From: a virus
Length of the DNA: 64,000 bases
Strand: one strand, 5' to 3'
IMG/VR virus record: IMGVR_UViG_3300024978_000001
Part shown: piece after piece, positions 50,101 to 59,353 of the stretch
Position numbering within the stretch: position 1 is the stretch's first letter
Layout of the letters: each line of letters begins with the position of its first letter
The notes under the pieces: model-generated
What the model saw: the letters and a program-made list of their open reading frames with translations, nothing else
What the model was told of the DNA's origin: nothing
Database searches by the model: none
Made by a program: the position numbers and the translations under genes

Positions 50101-52352
50101 CTGGGGTTCTTCGCGCGTAGCAGCTTGCGCGCCTCGCGCTCCATCACGGTGGGGGCGTGGTTATCGGCAGAAGGGCGATAGGGCTTGGCGGCGCCCTTCA
50201 TGGTGAAGTCCGCCGCCTTCGCGCGCTCAAGGAAGTCCTTGGCGCGTGCGACCGTGGCGGCTTTGTCTTCACCCTCCGCCGGGCTGGTCGCCTCGAAGGC
50301 GTCGTCGAGCGCCTTGATGTTCTTGCTCTTACCCGCGGCGCTGGCCTTGTCCTTGGCGCTGACGGTAAGACCTTCGACCTTCGGCGCCTCCGTGCGGATG
50401 CGGTCCGGGCGGGCGGGTACAGCGGCGGTGCCGTTGATGTATTTGCTGGCCTCACCCAGGCGCTTGGACGGCTCCATCGCCATGAAGTGCTCGATCGCCT
50501 CGTCAGGTATGCCGTTCGCCTTCATCTTGTTTACCGCGGCGGTAACGACCTTCGGCAACGGCTTCTCGCCTTCGGTCGGGCCGGCGCTCTCGGTCGCTGC
50601 CTCGTCGAATGGCTTGGTCTTCTTGCCGGGCTTGGCGAGCCAGTCTTTCAGCTCGTCGGCGGTGGCCTCCTTTATGGAGAGCACGCGGTCCGGGCCCGAG
50701 CCGTCGTTGAAGGCGCGGTGATAATGCTCCAGCGCGTCCACCGGGTCCTTGGCGTAGGCCATGACCTTGTGCTCGTCGAACTTGCCAGTTGCCGGGTCCT
50801 TCTGGTCGATGACGAAATGCCGGTCGCCGGTGCCCAGCACACCCACGTCGACGCGGTCGCCGTCGGCGCCTTTGGTGCCTAGGAACTCGCCGTAATCGTA
50901 GGGGAAGTTCTCCACGCGCCACTTCGGCGGCGTGCTCTTGGTGTCTTCGCGGACGCCACCTTTGGGGGTTTCGATGCTGACATCGCGGCCGAACAGCCGG
51001 CCCGGATGGCCCTTGGCGTAGTTGCCGGCTTCGGCCTGCGCGGGCGTCGGCTGCGCGACATGCTCGCGGGCGTCGGCTACCTTCTGTGCGTCGGGGTGAA
51101 CCGCCTCGGGCTGCGCAGGGGCGAGCCCAACGTCGGCATCAGACAGCGTCGGTGCCTCGGGGGAGGGCGGCGTTTCAGGGGCTGCTTCGGGCGCAGGCTT
51201 TTTGAGCCCGAGTGTCGGCTTTGCCGCGTTCGGGTTTGGCGGCGTAGGCGGCGCAGTGTCCGAAATTTGTACAGGATTTTCTGACACAGGCGCGGCTTCG
51301 GAAGGCGCCTGCTGCGGAAACCCCGTCTGGATCGGCGCCTCTTTCAACGATGCGTCGATGTCCACTTTCGGATTGCCGAGATCCTGGTTGCCGGCGTTCC
51401 GGAACGCGTTGAGCGCAGCAGCAACATCGGGCGAGTAATCGCCCTGCGTCAGCATGTCGGTCGCCTCGGACGCGGGCTTGGCACCCTTCGCGAGATTTCT
51501 TCCGGCGTCGCCGACCGTGGGCCGCGACTGCGGGTTGCCGATGGTATCGCCCTTGACGTCGGGTGCGGGTTTCTCGGATGCAACGCCGCGGGCGACGTTG
51601 GGCGGCGGGCTGCTCGCCGCCTCGTCCTGCGCCGCTTCGGCATCGGGGCTGGCGCTGGCGTTGGGGCGCCCGGGGATGCGCTTGGCGAGCTTCGCCCCCA
51701 TGCGCTGGCCTGGGCCCGTGAACTTTTCGCCGAGCCTGTTGGTACCGGGGAGCACCGCGCCGGCTGCGGCGGCAGTGAGGACCTTGCTCGGGCTCACCTT
51801 GCCTTCGGTCGCGTATTCTTGGCCTGCTTCAAGTCCGCCTTGCAGCGCCGCGCTGGCGCCGCGCACCAGTTTGCCCGCGCCCGCGGCGGGCCCCATACCC
51901 GCCATGTTGGTGGCGAGCTCAGTGGCGAACGTCTCATAGGGGTGGGCGTTGCGGTTGGCGGCAACCTGCTCGCTGTCGTCGATACCGATCGCATCAAGCC
52001 CGGCCTGCTGCGCCTTCGAAGTCGCGTAACTGGAAACAAGCGCTCCGGCTAAACCGCCGGCAATCGTACCGATCGGGCCGAATGCCGACCCGAGCTCGGC
52101 GCCGGTCGCAGCACCAAAATAACCAGCAGCCGCCGGGGCGGCCGTGTGCGCCACGGTGCGCGCGGTGCGCGCGGGGAAACCCTCGGGGGCAGGACGTGAC
52201 CCAACGCCTACCTCGTCGTCCGAGAGTAGCCCCACGTCTTCGTCGGACATGAAGGATTGTTCACCTTGCGGGGGCGCGGCGCCGTTACCGTCAATGCCGA
52301 CCTGGCTATCGTCGAGCAGACCGACATCCGAGTCGGAGAGCATATCTTCCAT
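47169..52352 (-). CDS. giant (1727 aa) virion-associated or internal protein with an inorganic-pyrophosphatase-like domain
   Basis: FPYDYGEFLGTKGADGDRVDVGVLG...KFDEHKVMAY aligns with the family I PPase core (Y-x-x-N-Y-G...D-G-D-P-x-D-V-x-V). Acidic repeated DVGLL motifs at the N-terminus. Lies last in the run of tail and internal-protein genes. Confidence 0.8.
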   Translation of the reverse strand: MEDMLSDSDVGLLDDSQVGIDGNGAAPPQGEQSFMSDEDVGLLSDDEVGVGSRPAPEGFPARTARTVAHTAAPAAAGYFGAATGAELGSAFGPIGTIAGGLAGALVSSYATSKAQQAGLDAIGIDDSEQVAANRNAHPYETFATELATNMAGMGPAAGAGKLVRGASAALQGGLEAGQEYATEGKVSPSKVLTAAAAGAVLPGTNRLGEKFTGPGQRMGAKLAKRIPGRPNASASPDAEAAQDEAASSPPPNVARGVASEKPAPDVKGDTIGNPQSRPTVGDAGRNLAKGAKPASEATDMLTQGDYSPDVAAALNAFRNAGNQDLGNPKVDIDASLKEAPIQTGFPQQAPSEAAPVSENPVQISDTAPPTPPNPNAAKPTLGLKKPAPEAAPETPPSPEAPTLSDADVGLAPAQPEAVHPDAQKVADAREHVAQPTPAQAEAGNYAKGHPGRLFGRDVSIETPKGGVREDTKSTPPKWRVENFPYDYGEFLGTKGADGDRVDVGVLGTGDRHFVIDQKDPATGKFDEHKVMAYAKDPVDALEHYHRAFNDGSGPDRVLSIKEATADELKDWLAKPGKKTKPFDEAATESAGPTEGEKPLPKVVTAAVNKMKANGIPDEAIEHFMAMEPSKRLGEASKYINGTAAVPARPDRIRTEAPKVEGLTVSAKDKASAAGKSKNIKALDDAFEATSPAEGEDKAATVARAKDFLERAKAADFTMKGAAKPYRPSADNHAPTVMEREARKLLRAKNPSDKAVEAFRAQEKLLRSGGEGVAEARATGRIESDIGLSKRSGDEAIAGAEAERATHNSVEDDIIDAIDRANASKGEFDVPHEEAESMVRPEPATPESIAEERAATKHLDTNNPSDRAALAAALVQKRSTNKGGMVGSSKTGVALGEGSTPENPKASAVRKIDPKTLDPEYIKRLLEGASAPRPGSRLDSADIVKMTKEARDPTTKSLGRLFMDDEAGALNLDKIIADIQKFKAKVKAGDYFKHAKLESHIARPAKSAAEQYARSLSTEAVKVIKGNEQQLIDLQHWSKSLPKELNNPATLRRLYDAREAGTIGNLDPKEQALYNKYLEPLFNENDALYEAAKTVLPKHLVAMLGEKVEGDHAMRIPAGEKADRNMFVDDERDDPIVSGRQGLPVRPVNTMLERKFYAMEDPKGNRFLIAANDDGFTVWHNRKPIKVTDENFEYAPGKQYTVGGKTFTMKKALTSEIEDHALFGPGEKAKYYHNAALSAAMANYDLGRILRYNKFVEGFKEDPEFLKYAAPPGAKIPDGYLPTKLANFSGKNGAWHFDPQLAYALDDMAQPGINEGAVAYIRRISQAITKTIFWLPVAHLANVGGHWFVGRGQRWAVPKSYLSLADTSLKAIKSVVTQDDFQKAIRQNGGSTIYSGVLTQDAVNNLARGFGEAVRKQPARWDPIARKFGVGPSDLVRAVYKASSRVMWAGNDMFLTQAIMERMNEGMDIDQAIIHAERHIPNYRVPSTVLGTGAGARVVAQLLLEPAATVFGRYHWGIMNSYGNTIRDLVKGNGAAKIDALGHLFAMGLLGLVIYPALDAAAKYITGNKGASQQRRGPISVPAHIVDALRGKEDITAPLKSLVTPSPLLTAVLQAKDNRDYRGKPIVERGLVAQAAKGNVRAGGQAAVEAGEFAARNLFSPYNTYANTVDSGHSVAGGLRDQMLDIKNPSRRSVAYSAKTSRYNMQSLRQRNRSGRGPLEGLYTKATR
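50531..50545. repeat. TTACCG-N3-CGGTAA palindrome copy
   Basis: TTACCGCGGCGGTAA, inside the giant gene (V-T-A-A-V). Confidence 0.95.
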
Positions 52353-52357
52353 CGCGG

Positions 52358-53917
52358 CTACTCCGCCCGCTGCCAGCCATTACCCATCCATTTGAACGGG
52401 CCTTTCGGCGTCTGATAGACCTGACCAACTACACGTTCGTTGGCCGGCGGGACCTGATGTCCTCCCTGTGCCGGTGCGTTCTGCGTCGGTTGCGCGCCCG
52501 TGCCGCCGGGCTGCGGGATTTGGCCCCCCGGGCCAGCTATCCCTGTGGTGAACTTGTCTACCTGCCCGACGATCGCGTCCTGCTGCTCGCTCGGCAGATT
52601 GGCGAAGTTGGGGTCGAGCAATTTGGCGCGCAGCATGCGCCCCATCTCGCGCATGCGACCGTCCCGGGTCTGCTGCATCATCTTGGTCAGGGCGAGGTTC
52701 GTTTGCCCCTGCAGGCGCTTGGTCTCCGCCTCCGACCGGATTTGCGCGGACTTAACTCGGGCGCCGGCACTGGTCTCTGCGCTCTTAACCCTCGCCCCGG
52801 CCGCTTCCCTTGCGACGCCCAGGCGCGCGCGCTCCTGTCCCTCGGCGATCTGGCGCTTGTTATCCAGCTCGTCGCCGCGGGTGGTTTCGCTGGCCAGATA
52901 TTGGTTGCGCGCAGCGTTCTGCGACACGGACGGAAAGAGCGACATCGCGCGCCCTCTCACGTCGGCATCATCGACCCCGCGCGTCGATGACGAAACTCCG
53001 CGCCCCACCAGCGTGAAGCCATCCGGGTTCTTGCCGTTGAGGCGGTTATTCCAATCGGTGTAGTCGTTGTCGCCGCCCGACAGATCCACAAAGTCGCGCT
53101 TCATGTTCTGCTTGGTGATCTCGTCCGGCTCAAACTTGGTCGTGTCGCCGACAGGCGCCGACAGATCCACCAGCGAGCTGCTCGGCTTGCCTTCCTTCGT
53201 GGTGCCCACGATCTTCTGCAACGTGCCGCTGATGCCGCCGTTCGACATGACGTGGTCCCACTGGCCGGCGCCGCCGATGTCGAGGTATTTGTCGAACTGC
53301 TCGGGCGTGAGGGTGTAATTCTCCGTCTGGTTCGAGCCCGGGGCTTTTACCGTCGCGGTAACGCCGTTGCCCCCCGGGTCGGCAGTAAACGTCGCTTGCG
53401 AGCCGTCGAGGATGTTCTGCGAAGCCTGGCTCGCCGCGTTCGCCGCGGCCTGGAGGTCGCCGGCCTTGCCGTCGACGCCGTTCAGCGCCGCCTTCGCGAA
53501 CGCCTGTTTGCGGTCGTATGCGGAGCGGTTGTACTGGATCATCGCCCAGCCGGCCGCGGGGCCACCCATCTCGGTGGCCTGATGCACGGCAAGGACGTTG
53601 GCCTCGTCGTCGCTGATGTTCGGATGCTGCGCCTTGACGTTCTGCGCGGCGCGCTCGGCCTCGGCCGGGTCGGCGCTGTCCGCCCCCATCAGATAATGCA
53701 GGATGCGCTTCGCGCCGCCGGCGACAGCACTGGCCCCGCTACGCGCCGCGTTGATCGGCAGCATGCCATTATCTTGCGCATACCACGGACGGTCGCCGCC
53801 TAGCGTCGCAGGCTGCTCTTGCTCTGGCTCCGGAATAGCGGGCTGCCCACTCTCCGGCGCGGCGCTCTGTTCCTGCTCCTGGTCGTCGGGGATCGCGCCC
53901 TCAAAATCGTCGGCCAT
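52358..53917 (-). CDS. hypothetical internal virion or tail-associated protein (519 aa)
   Basis: ORF track. TAATG coupling to the upstream gene. Acidic N-terminus MADDFEGAIPDDQEQEQ. Confidence 0.7.
   Translation of the reverse strand: MADDFEGAIPDDQEQEQSAAPESGQPAIPEPEQEQPATLGGDRPWYAQDNGMLPINAARSGASAVAGGAKRILHYLMGADSADPAEAERAAQNVKAQHPNISDDEANVLAVHQATEMGGPAAGWAMIQYNRSAYDRKQAFAKAALNGVDGKAGDLQAAANAASQASQNILDGSQATFTADPGGNGVTATVKAPGSNQTENYTLTPEQFDKYLDIGGAGQWDHVMSNGGISGTLQKIVGTTKEGKPSSSLVDLSAPVGDTTKFEPDEITKQNMKRDFVDLSGGDNDYTDWNNRLNGKNPDGFTLVGRGVSSSTRGVDDADVRGRAMSLFPSVSQNAARNQYLASETTRGDELDNKRQIAEGQERARLGVAREAAGARVKSAETSAGARVKSAQIRSEAETKRLQGQTNLALTKMMQQTRDGRMREMGRMLRAKLLDPNFANLPSEQQDAIVGQVDKFTTGIAGPGGQIPQPGGTGAQPTQNAPAQGGHQVPPANERVVGQVYQTPKGPFKWMGNGWQRAE
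53347..53361. repeat. TTACCG-N3-CGGTAA palindrome copy
   Basis: TTACCGTCGCGGTAA, inside 52358..53917 (V-T-A-T-V). Confidence 0.95.
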
Positions 53918-54363
53918 TACGGCGCCTCCTCTTGCTCGTCAGGGATCGCGCCCTTCGTAGCGACGTCGCCAATGCCCAAGCTCTGGCTCATTGGGTTGTA
54001 GCCGTTGACAAACTCTCGGACGCGGTCGACCACGTCGTCGAACTTGGTCCTGCTTGTGTCGCCCGTGGTCGGTGCGCCCGTGTCGCCGCGGCGGTCTTCG
54101 ATGTTGTCGGACTGCCGCATGCCTTCGTACGGCGTGAACTTCGCCGTCTCTTCATCTTGGCCCTTACCCTGCGTGAGCCCGTATTTCTGCCGGCCATAGT
54201 CCAGCGCGCTTTTCACTGTGTTGAGCGCGGCGTTCACTGCGTCGGCATGAGGGGGCGCGGCCGGCGCGGTGTTCTCACCGCCGTCAGGGATCGCGCCGGC
54301 GCCTGCGTCGGTGATGGCCCCGCCGTCGTTTGCGCTGCTCAGATCAATGAGACTTCCCGCCAT
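53917..54363 (-). CDS. hypothetical virion-module protein (148 aa)
   Basis: ORF track. Contains MRQSDNIEDRRG, reminiscent of the N-terminal motif of YpfJ-type proteins. Ends in GAIPDEQEEAP. Confidence 0.65.
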   Translation of the reverse strand: MAGSLIDLSSANDGGAITDAGAGAIPDGGENTAPAAPPHADAVNAALNTVKSALDYGRQKYGLTQGKGQDEETAKFTPYEGMRQSDNIEDRRGDTGAPTTGDTSRTKFDDVVDRVREFVNGYNPMSQSLGIGDVATKGAIPDEQEEAP

Positions 54364-54366
54364 ACG

Positions 54367-55542
54367 CTATACCTCCGGTATTGCTTGCTGCGTGGGAGCA
54401 GCTTGCTGCATGGGAGCGGCTTGCAGGCCCACTGGGGATTGCGCCTGACTTTGGTTGCGCACCGCGCGCGACTTGGCGATCAGGTTGTGGAAGAACTCCA
54501 TGCCCTTCCAGCTCGCCACGTCCTGGGGGATGACGAACTCGCCGGCGTTCAAATGCGCGGGGACGTCGTCGGTCGCGGCGCCGCCGGATGGTGAGGTTTC
54601 GGGGTCCACATAGCCGCCTTCCGCAAAATAGCCGGAGTAATCGCCCATGCTCCCGTTGGCGTAGTCGTTGACGTGGTCCATGCCCCAGGCCGTACCGCCG
54701 CCGGAGTTCAAGTCGCCGCCACCACCGCCACCGCCACCGCCGCGGTAACCGCCACCTCCGCCACCGCCCCCGCCGTCGCTTTCCGACGAGTTCATGGACG
54801 AGCCGTAGCTTTGGGTTTGGTTCGAGACCGGCGACAGTTTCAAACTCATTGCGGTCTGCAGGTATTTGTTCGGCAACTGCTGCAAGTTCGCGCCGGTGTT
54901 CGCGTTCGCCAGGATCGCATTGCTGGCGCCGGCGTTCGCCTGGGTCGCAGTGTTCTCTGCGTTCGAGATCGCGGCCGGCAGGAGCGAGCCCGCCTGTACG
55001 GCCTCGGCGCGCAACTGCTGCCCGGTGTTGATGTCGGCCATGCGCTGCTGGTTCATGGCCCCGGCAACGTTCGCTGCGTTCTGTACGGCAGCGGCTTTGT
55101 CCAACGCCGCGTAGCGGCCGGACGACGGGTCGATCCCATAGCCGAGCAAATTCTGTTCGCTGTTCTTGATTGCCTGGTCGCCCGCCTGCGCCTGCGTCGC
55201 GCCGGCCATAGCCATGTCAGCCTTCATTCTCGATGGAGATGCATAACTGTTCGCATCGGCGATCAGTTGTGCGTTCTCCGGAGCAAAAAGGTTGTTGTAT
55301 TGGTCGGCCATACCGCCGGCGAAGCCGGTCATCTTCTGGCTCGTGGCGAGGAAATTGTTGACTGCGTCGTTCGTGATCGCAGACGTCTGCGAGTACGTGC
55401 TGCTCGCCCAGTCGTGCATCTGGGAGGCGAGCGACTGCGCGTACTGCGCCACCTGGTCGAGAATGTCGTTTTCCGGAGTGCGGACGACGGTAGGCGTCGA
55501 CGACGAACTGCTCGAACTAAAACCGGAACTGGATGAAGCCAT
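54367..55542 (-). CDS. hypothetical virion-module protein with a poly-Gly tract (391 aa)
   Basis: ORF track. Ser-rich N-terminus, Q/A/N-rich helical core, GGGGGGGGGYRGGGGGGGGG. Confidence 0.7.
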   Translation of the reverse strand: MASSSSGFSSSSSSSTPTVVRTPENDILDQVAQYAQSLASQMHDWASSTYSQTSAITNDAVNNFLATSQKMTGFAGGMADQYNNLFAPENAQLIADANSYASPSRMKADMAMAGATQAQAGDQAIKNSEQNLLGYGIDPSSGRYAALDKAAAVQNAANVAGAMNQQRMADINTGQQLRAEAVQAGSLLPAAISNAENTATQANAGASNAILANANTGANLQQLPNKYLQTAMSLKLSPVSNQTQSYGSSMNSSESDGGGGGGGGGYRGGGGGGGGGDLNSGGGTAWGMDHVNDYANGSMGDYSGYFAEGGYVDPETSPSGGAATDDVPAHLNAGEFVIPQDVASWKGMEFFHNLIAKSRAVRNQSQAQSPVGLQAAPMQQAAPTQQAIPEV

Positions 55543-55610
55543 TAGGGTGTTCCCCGAGTAAGTCCTTCCGGGCCTACGGGGCGACCCCTAAAGCGGGCGT
55601 TAATCGCAAA

Positions 55611-56231
55611 TCAGACCACAGAGACCGACTTGTTCTGCGGGTCGACGAGGAACGTCACCGTCGTGCCGTAGCTCGCCTGAAACGCAAAATCGGCGAGAAG
55701 ATTTATCCCTGCCGGAGCGATAGACGGCACCGAAAAGCCAGGGGAAAATGTTTGGCCCCCGGCGGTCTTGCCGGGGCTGACGCCGGATGCGAGCGCCAGA
55801 CGTACCGGTTGGATGGGGAGGCCCGCGAACGGGCCGAGCGTGATTTTCGCCTGGAATTTGCTCGCGAACTCGCCGCCCAGTCGCAACACAACCCCAGCGA
55901 CCAGGGAAGGTGCAGGAAAACTACTTAGCGTTTTTGTCGTGTATGCGCCATACCCGGAGAAATTCAAGCCGGCGCCGGTTGTGACACCGGTCGACATGAT
56001 CCTATCGGTGATCGAAAAGGGGGCGGAGCGCAGGTTTCCGGACGGCGCGAACCCCTCATTCAGGGTGAACCCTGGAGTGCCGCCAGCCACACCCGGAAAC
56101 TCGATCGACATACGCGCCGGCGCTGCTCCCGGGTCTCCATTGCCGCTGCCACCGCCCTCGAAAATCAATGCGAGCGATGCCCAGCTCACGCCGACGATCG
56201 TCTCGAAAAAGTCTTCGCTGTACGCCGTCAT
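55611..56231 (-). CDS. hypothetical tail-module protein (about 206 aa)
   Basis: ATG at 56231 forms an ATGA overlap with the upstream stop (ORF open from 56252). Confidence 0.6.
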   Translation of the reverse strand: MTAYSEDFFETIVGVSWASLALIFEGGGSGNGDPGAAPARMSIEFPGVAGGTPGFTLNEGFAPSGNLRSAPFSITDRIMSTGVTTGAGLNFSGYGAYTTKTLSSFPAPSLVAGVVLRLGGEFASKFQAKITLGPFAGLPIQPVRLALASGVSPGKTAGGQTFSPGFSVPSIAPAGINLLADFAFQASYGTTVTFLVDPQNKSVSVV

Positions 56232-56608
56232 CTCTTCCGCCGCCAATTCCACTTCTGGCCCGTGGCGCGGTGCTGCATCGTCAGGCTATTGATCCGCTCC
56301 ACATCGACATACTGCGATTTATCGGTTGGGTTTGTGACCCGTACCTTCTCCACAACGCGGTTGACCTCGACCCAATCTGATCTTTTGTCTTCTTGCGTGA
56401 TGAAGTTATTCGTGACGCCGGTATCGGTGTTGTTCTGTTTGGTCTTATCCAATAGCTGCATGAGCGCGAGCCGCATCGCATTAACTAACGCGATGGCGGA
56501 AGTCAGATCGCTGGCCGGCCCTGGTATGCCGGGTGTGTTGAACGGCTGCGGGGTGCCGGGCGTAGATGGGGGCGGGATGTGGCAGACAGGACCGACAACA
56601 TTAGACAT
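56228..56608 (-). CDS. hypothetical tail-module protein (126 aa)
   Basis: ORF track. 8-nt overlap with the 910-aa gene. Confidence 0.55.
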   Translation of the reverse strand: MSNVVGPVCHIPPPSTPGTPQPFNTPGIPGPASDLTSAIALVNAMRLALMQLLDKTKQNNTDTGVTNNFITQEDKRSDWVEVNRVVEKVRVTNPTDKSQYVDVERINSLTMQHRATGQKWNWRRKR

Positions 56609-59333
56609 TAGCCATCCCCTTCACTGTCGTGCCGACTTCAAAACTTGAGATGTGCAGCCGCGTGATTATGCGGAACTGCCAGGTCTCGTGCTTGAAGCCG
56701 CTGGTGATGCGCAGCAGCTCCTTCGTCTTGCGCAGCTCGCGCGCCGTAACCAGTTGGCCCCCGGAGTAGACCAGGATGAACCCCCAACGGTCGTTGGGTA
56801 GCCCATTGATCCAGAACGGATCAGTGATCGGGTTCTCCGCACGCGTTGCGTTCAACGCTGGCGTGTTCGGCGGTACCTCAAATGTGAAGCGCATAACCTC
56901 GAAGTTCTTTCGAGTGCGTTGTTTGTATTTCTTCGACGTCCAGTCGACGACGGACAGCGCCGGCGCTGCGTCAGTGAAATCCAGATAGTAGAGCCCGTTT
57001 CGCGCGATGAAGGTGGCGACAGCACTCCACGGGTCAACCGCAACCATCGCAAGCGGGGCTGACAACGGGTTGCTCAAAAGCTGAAAGCCGAGTCGATGCC
57101 GGCCGGGTTGCGGCCAAATGGTGAAACTCTCGGCATCGGATGCGTTCATTTCAACGGTGAAGCCGCGGACGCCTTGGCCGCCTTCGTTCCCGTTGGGCCC
57201 GACTTGGTAAGCGAAGTAGCACGAGTTCAAGAGTACAGCGACGAGTGAGCTCTGTGGCGTGAGCTGCTGCCACTTCTCCCGCGTGATCCACGTCTCGGTG
57301 ACGTTCTTGACCTGGCCGTACTGCGTGACCAAGATCAGGCCATTCTTCGAGGCGTAATAGACGCCATCATTGTTGCCGACGATGCTCTTGCGCGAATGGC
57401 ATGGCTCGCTGTTCTGGATTTTCATTGCGGTCATCGCGCCCGGGAAAACGCCAGTCGTGACGTATGGCGCGCCGGACGTCGCGGCGACCAAGGAGTTGCC
57501 GGTGACGCCAAGACCGACGATCGGATATTCCGTCGTCTGCACGTAGGACGGGGGCCACGCGTGCGGGCGGTACGGCTCGCAGAACCAGATCTCGTTGGCG
57601 CGCCAGCCGGCGAGAACGCCATTCGGCATCACAACAAGCCCCTGCAGATCCTCCGGCGGCGGCGTCCACAACTGGCTCTGCAACTGATTATTGTTCACAA
57701 CCACGTCGTCGCTGATGACGTCGAGATATTCCGCAGTCGTAACCGGCAAGTCGTCGCCGTCTGTACCGGTGACCTGGTAGTAAGTCGTGCCGCCGCTCAG
57801 CGCCGTGATCGTGCGATAAAGCCGCAGCTTGGTGATGTTGCGGGTGACGCCGATCTGATCCGCCGGCGGTTGGAATAGACTGATCGTCCATGTGGCGTTA
57901 GACCAGCCAGTCGCCGTCGTAGGCGGTGAGGGGGCGCTCTCCTCACCGTACTCAGTGATGTAGGTGTAAACGTATGTCCGTGCTTCGAGCACGCTCGATG
58001 TCGTTAGATCGCCCCACATCTGCAGGCTGGCGACACCAACGCTGAGGTTGGTGAGAACGTTCGGCGGTCCGTTCGCGTAAGTATTGTTTGATGTCACGCC
58101 CGCGGTACCGCTGTCGGCGGTGTGAATATCGAACGCCGTATCGCATGCGAAGCCGATCCAATACTGCACGTTCATCAAGAGCCCGGTCGGGTTCACGAAC
58201 TCGCTCGTGATCGCTTGGCCGGAGGTTGTCGTAAACTGAACTGCCGCCCCGACATTCAGTAGATCGCGCGGCGTCCCGTTGTCGTCGCTGTAAAGCACAG
58301 CGACCAGATTGCCGGTCTGGCCAGACACAGCAGCCATAACGGAGATGTCATTGAGCATCATGGCGCCGTCGGGCGTGACCGGCATGAGGTATATCTTATT
58401 CGCCCCCGGGGCTACCGTCGTTGGCGCGTTCGACGTCGGTACACCGAGCTGTGCGGAGCTGCCGCCCCCGCTGACTTCGACCCCGGGGGTGCACCCGGGG
58501 GGCGGCACGCCGAGCAGCCAGGCCGGCTCCCCCGCCTGAATGCGGGTACGCGTGTTGTACGTCGGCGCGGCCGAGGCACTGGCGATATAGAACCGCGCGT
58601 ATTGGTCGTCGACCAGCGGCGACCGCACCACGTCGGTGTTCGGCTCGACGAACTCCATGAAGGTGCTCGCCCCGGTGATGTCGGTCGCGATCTCGACGTT
58701 CTCGCCGCCCAGCAGGGTGGTCGTAGCTGCGCCGTTGAAGCCCCAGCTCAGACGCCCGCCGGCGTTCGCGCCCACCGCCGTGTTGTTGTAAGCGGCGCCG
58801 ACATCCGGCGCGTACACCGTGATTGCCGGCGGCGTGGTGTCGATCTGCAGGATATTCTTGGTCTGCGGCGACGTCTGGTCGATCGCCGGGTTGGCGGTCG
58901 TGCCGACGCCGTACAGGGTGCCCTTGTTGGCGCCGGTGCCGTTGTCGTAAGTCAGCGCGGCGAAAAGATTGGTGGCCGTAGCGGCAGCGGAGCCACCAAT
59001 CTTTACCTGATAAGCTGCGGTTACCGTGGCGGTAAACGTATAGGTCTCCTCGCCGACGGTAACCGTATCGCCTTCATTCGGGCTCGCGTCGAAACGCAGA
59101 AAGGCGTTCGCCGCCGCGCTGCTTTCGTCCGGCACCCGGTAGATGTAGCCGGGGTTGCTGAGCGTAGTGTTGCGCAGCAACTTCGGGATACGCCAGCCTT
59201 CGAGGCCGCCCGAGAATAGATAGCCGTTAGTGGAAGTCGCAGCCTGCCCGTCGGGCAGCAAGTAGGGGTCCCAGGCGGGCAGGGCCCCCCCGAATTTGTC
59301 TACCCGAAAGCTATCGTCTCTCTGCTCGGCCAT
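56601..59333 (-). CDS. large tail protein (910 aa), function by size and position
   Basis: The largest structural ORF after the giant gene, beta-rich. Lies upstream of the internal-protein run, as tail tubular or nozzle proteins do in podoviruses. Confidence 0.7.
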   Translation of the reverse strand: MAEQRDDSFRVDKFGGALPAWDPYLLPDGQAATSTNGYLFSGGLEGWRIPKLLRNTTLSNPGYIYRVPDESSAAANAFLRFDASPNEGDTVTVGEETYTFTATVTAAYQVKIGGSAAATATNLFAALTYDNGTGANKGTLYGVGTTANPAIDQTSPQTKNILQIDTTPPAITVYAPDVGAAYNNTAVGANAGGRLSWGFNGAATTTLLGGENVEIATDITGASTFMEFVEPNTDVVRSPLVDDQYARFYIASASAAPTYNTRTRIQAGEPAWLLGVPPPGCTPGVEVSGGGSSAQLGVPTSNAPTTVAPGANKIYLMPVTPDGAMMLNDISVMAAVSGQTGNLVAVLYSDDNGTPRDLLNVGAAVQFTTTSGQAITSEFVNPTGLLMNVQYWIGFACDTAFDIHTADSGTAGVTSNNTYANGPPNVLTNLSVGVASLQMWGDLTTSSVLEARTYVYTYITEYGEESAPSPPTTATGWSNATWTISLFQPPADQIGVTRNITKLRLYRTITALSGGTTYYQVTGTDGDDLPVTTAEYLDVISDDVVVNNNQLQSQLWTPPPEDLQGLVVMPNGVLAGWRANEIWFCEPYRPHAWPPSYVQTTEYPIVGLGVTGNSLVAATSGAPYVTTGVFPGAMTAMKIQNSEPCHSRKSIVGNNDGVYYASKNGLILVTQYGQVKNVTETWITREKWQQLTPQSSLVAVLLNSCYFAYQVGPNGNEGGQGVRGFTVEMNASDAESFTIWPQPGRHRLGFQLLSNPLSAPLAMVAVDPWSAVATFIARNGLYYLDFTDAAPALSVVDWTSKKYKQRTRKNFEVMRFTFEVPPNTPALNATRAENPITDPFWINGLPNDRWGFILVYSGGQLVTARELRKTKELLRITSGFKHETWQFRIITRLHISSFEVGTTVKGMANV
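59021..59035. repeat. TTACCG-N3-CGGTAA palindrome copy
   Basis: TTACCGTGGCGGTAA, inside 56601..59333 (T-A-T-V-T). Confidence 0.95.
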
Positions 59334-59353
59334 TTATCGCTCGCTTCGCAACT

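Noticed and set aside
47169-52352. Virion RNA polymerase (N4-like) hidden in the giant ORF
   Set aside because: I could not find T7/N4-type polymerase motifs (the catalytic D...D pairs in an R-x-x-x-K / Y-G / H-D context). The protein is also about half the size of known virion RNAPs. No other RNAP candidate exists, so host RNAP dependence is assumed.
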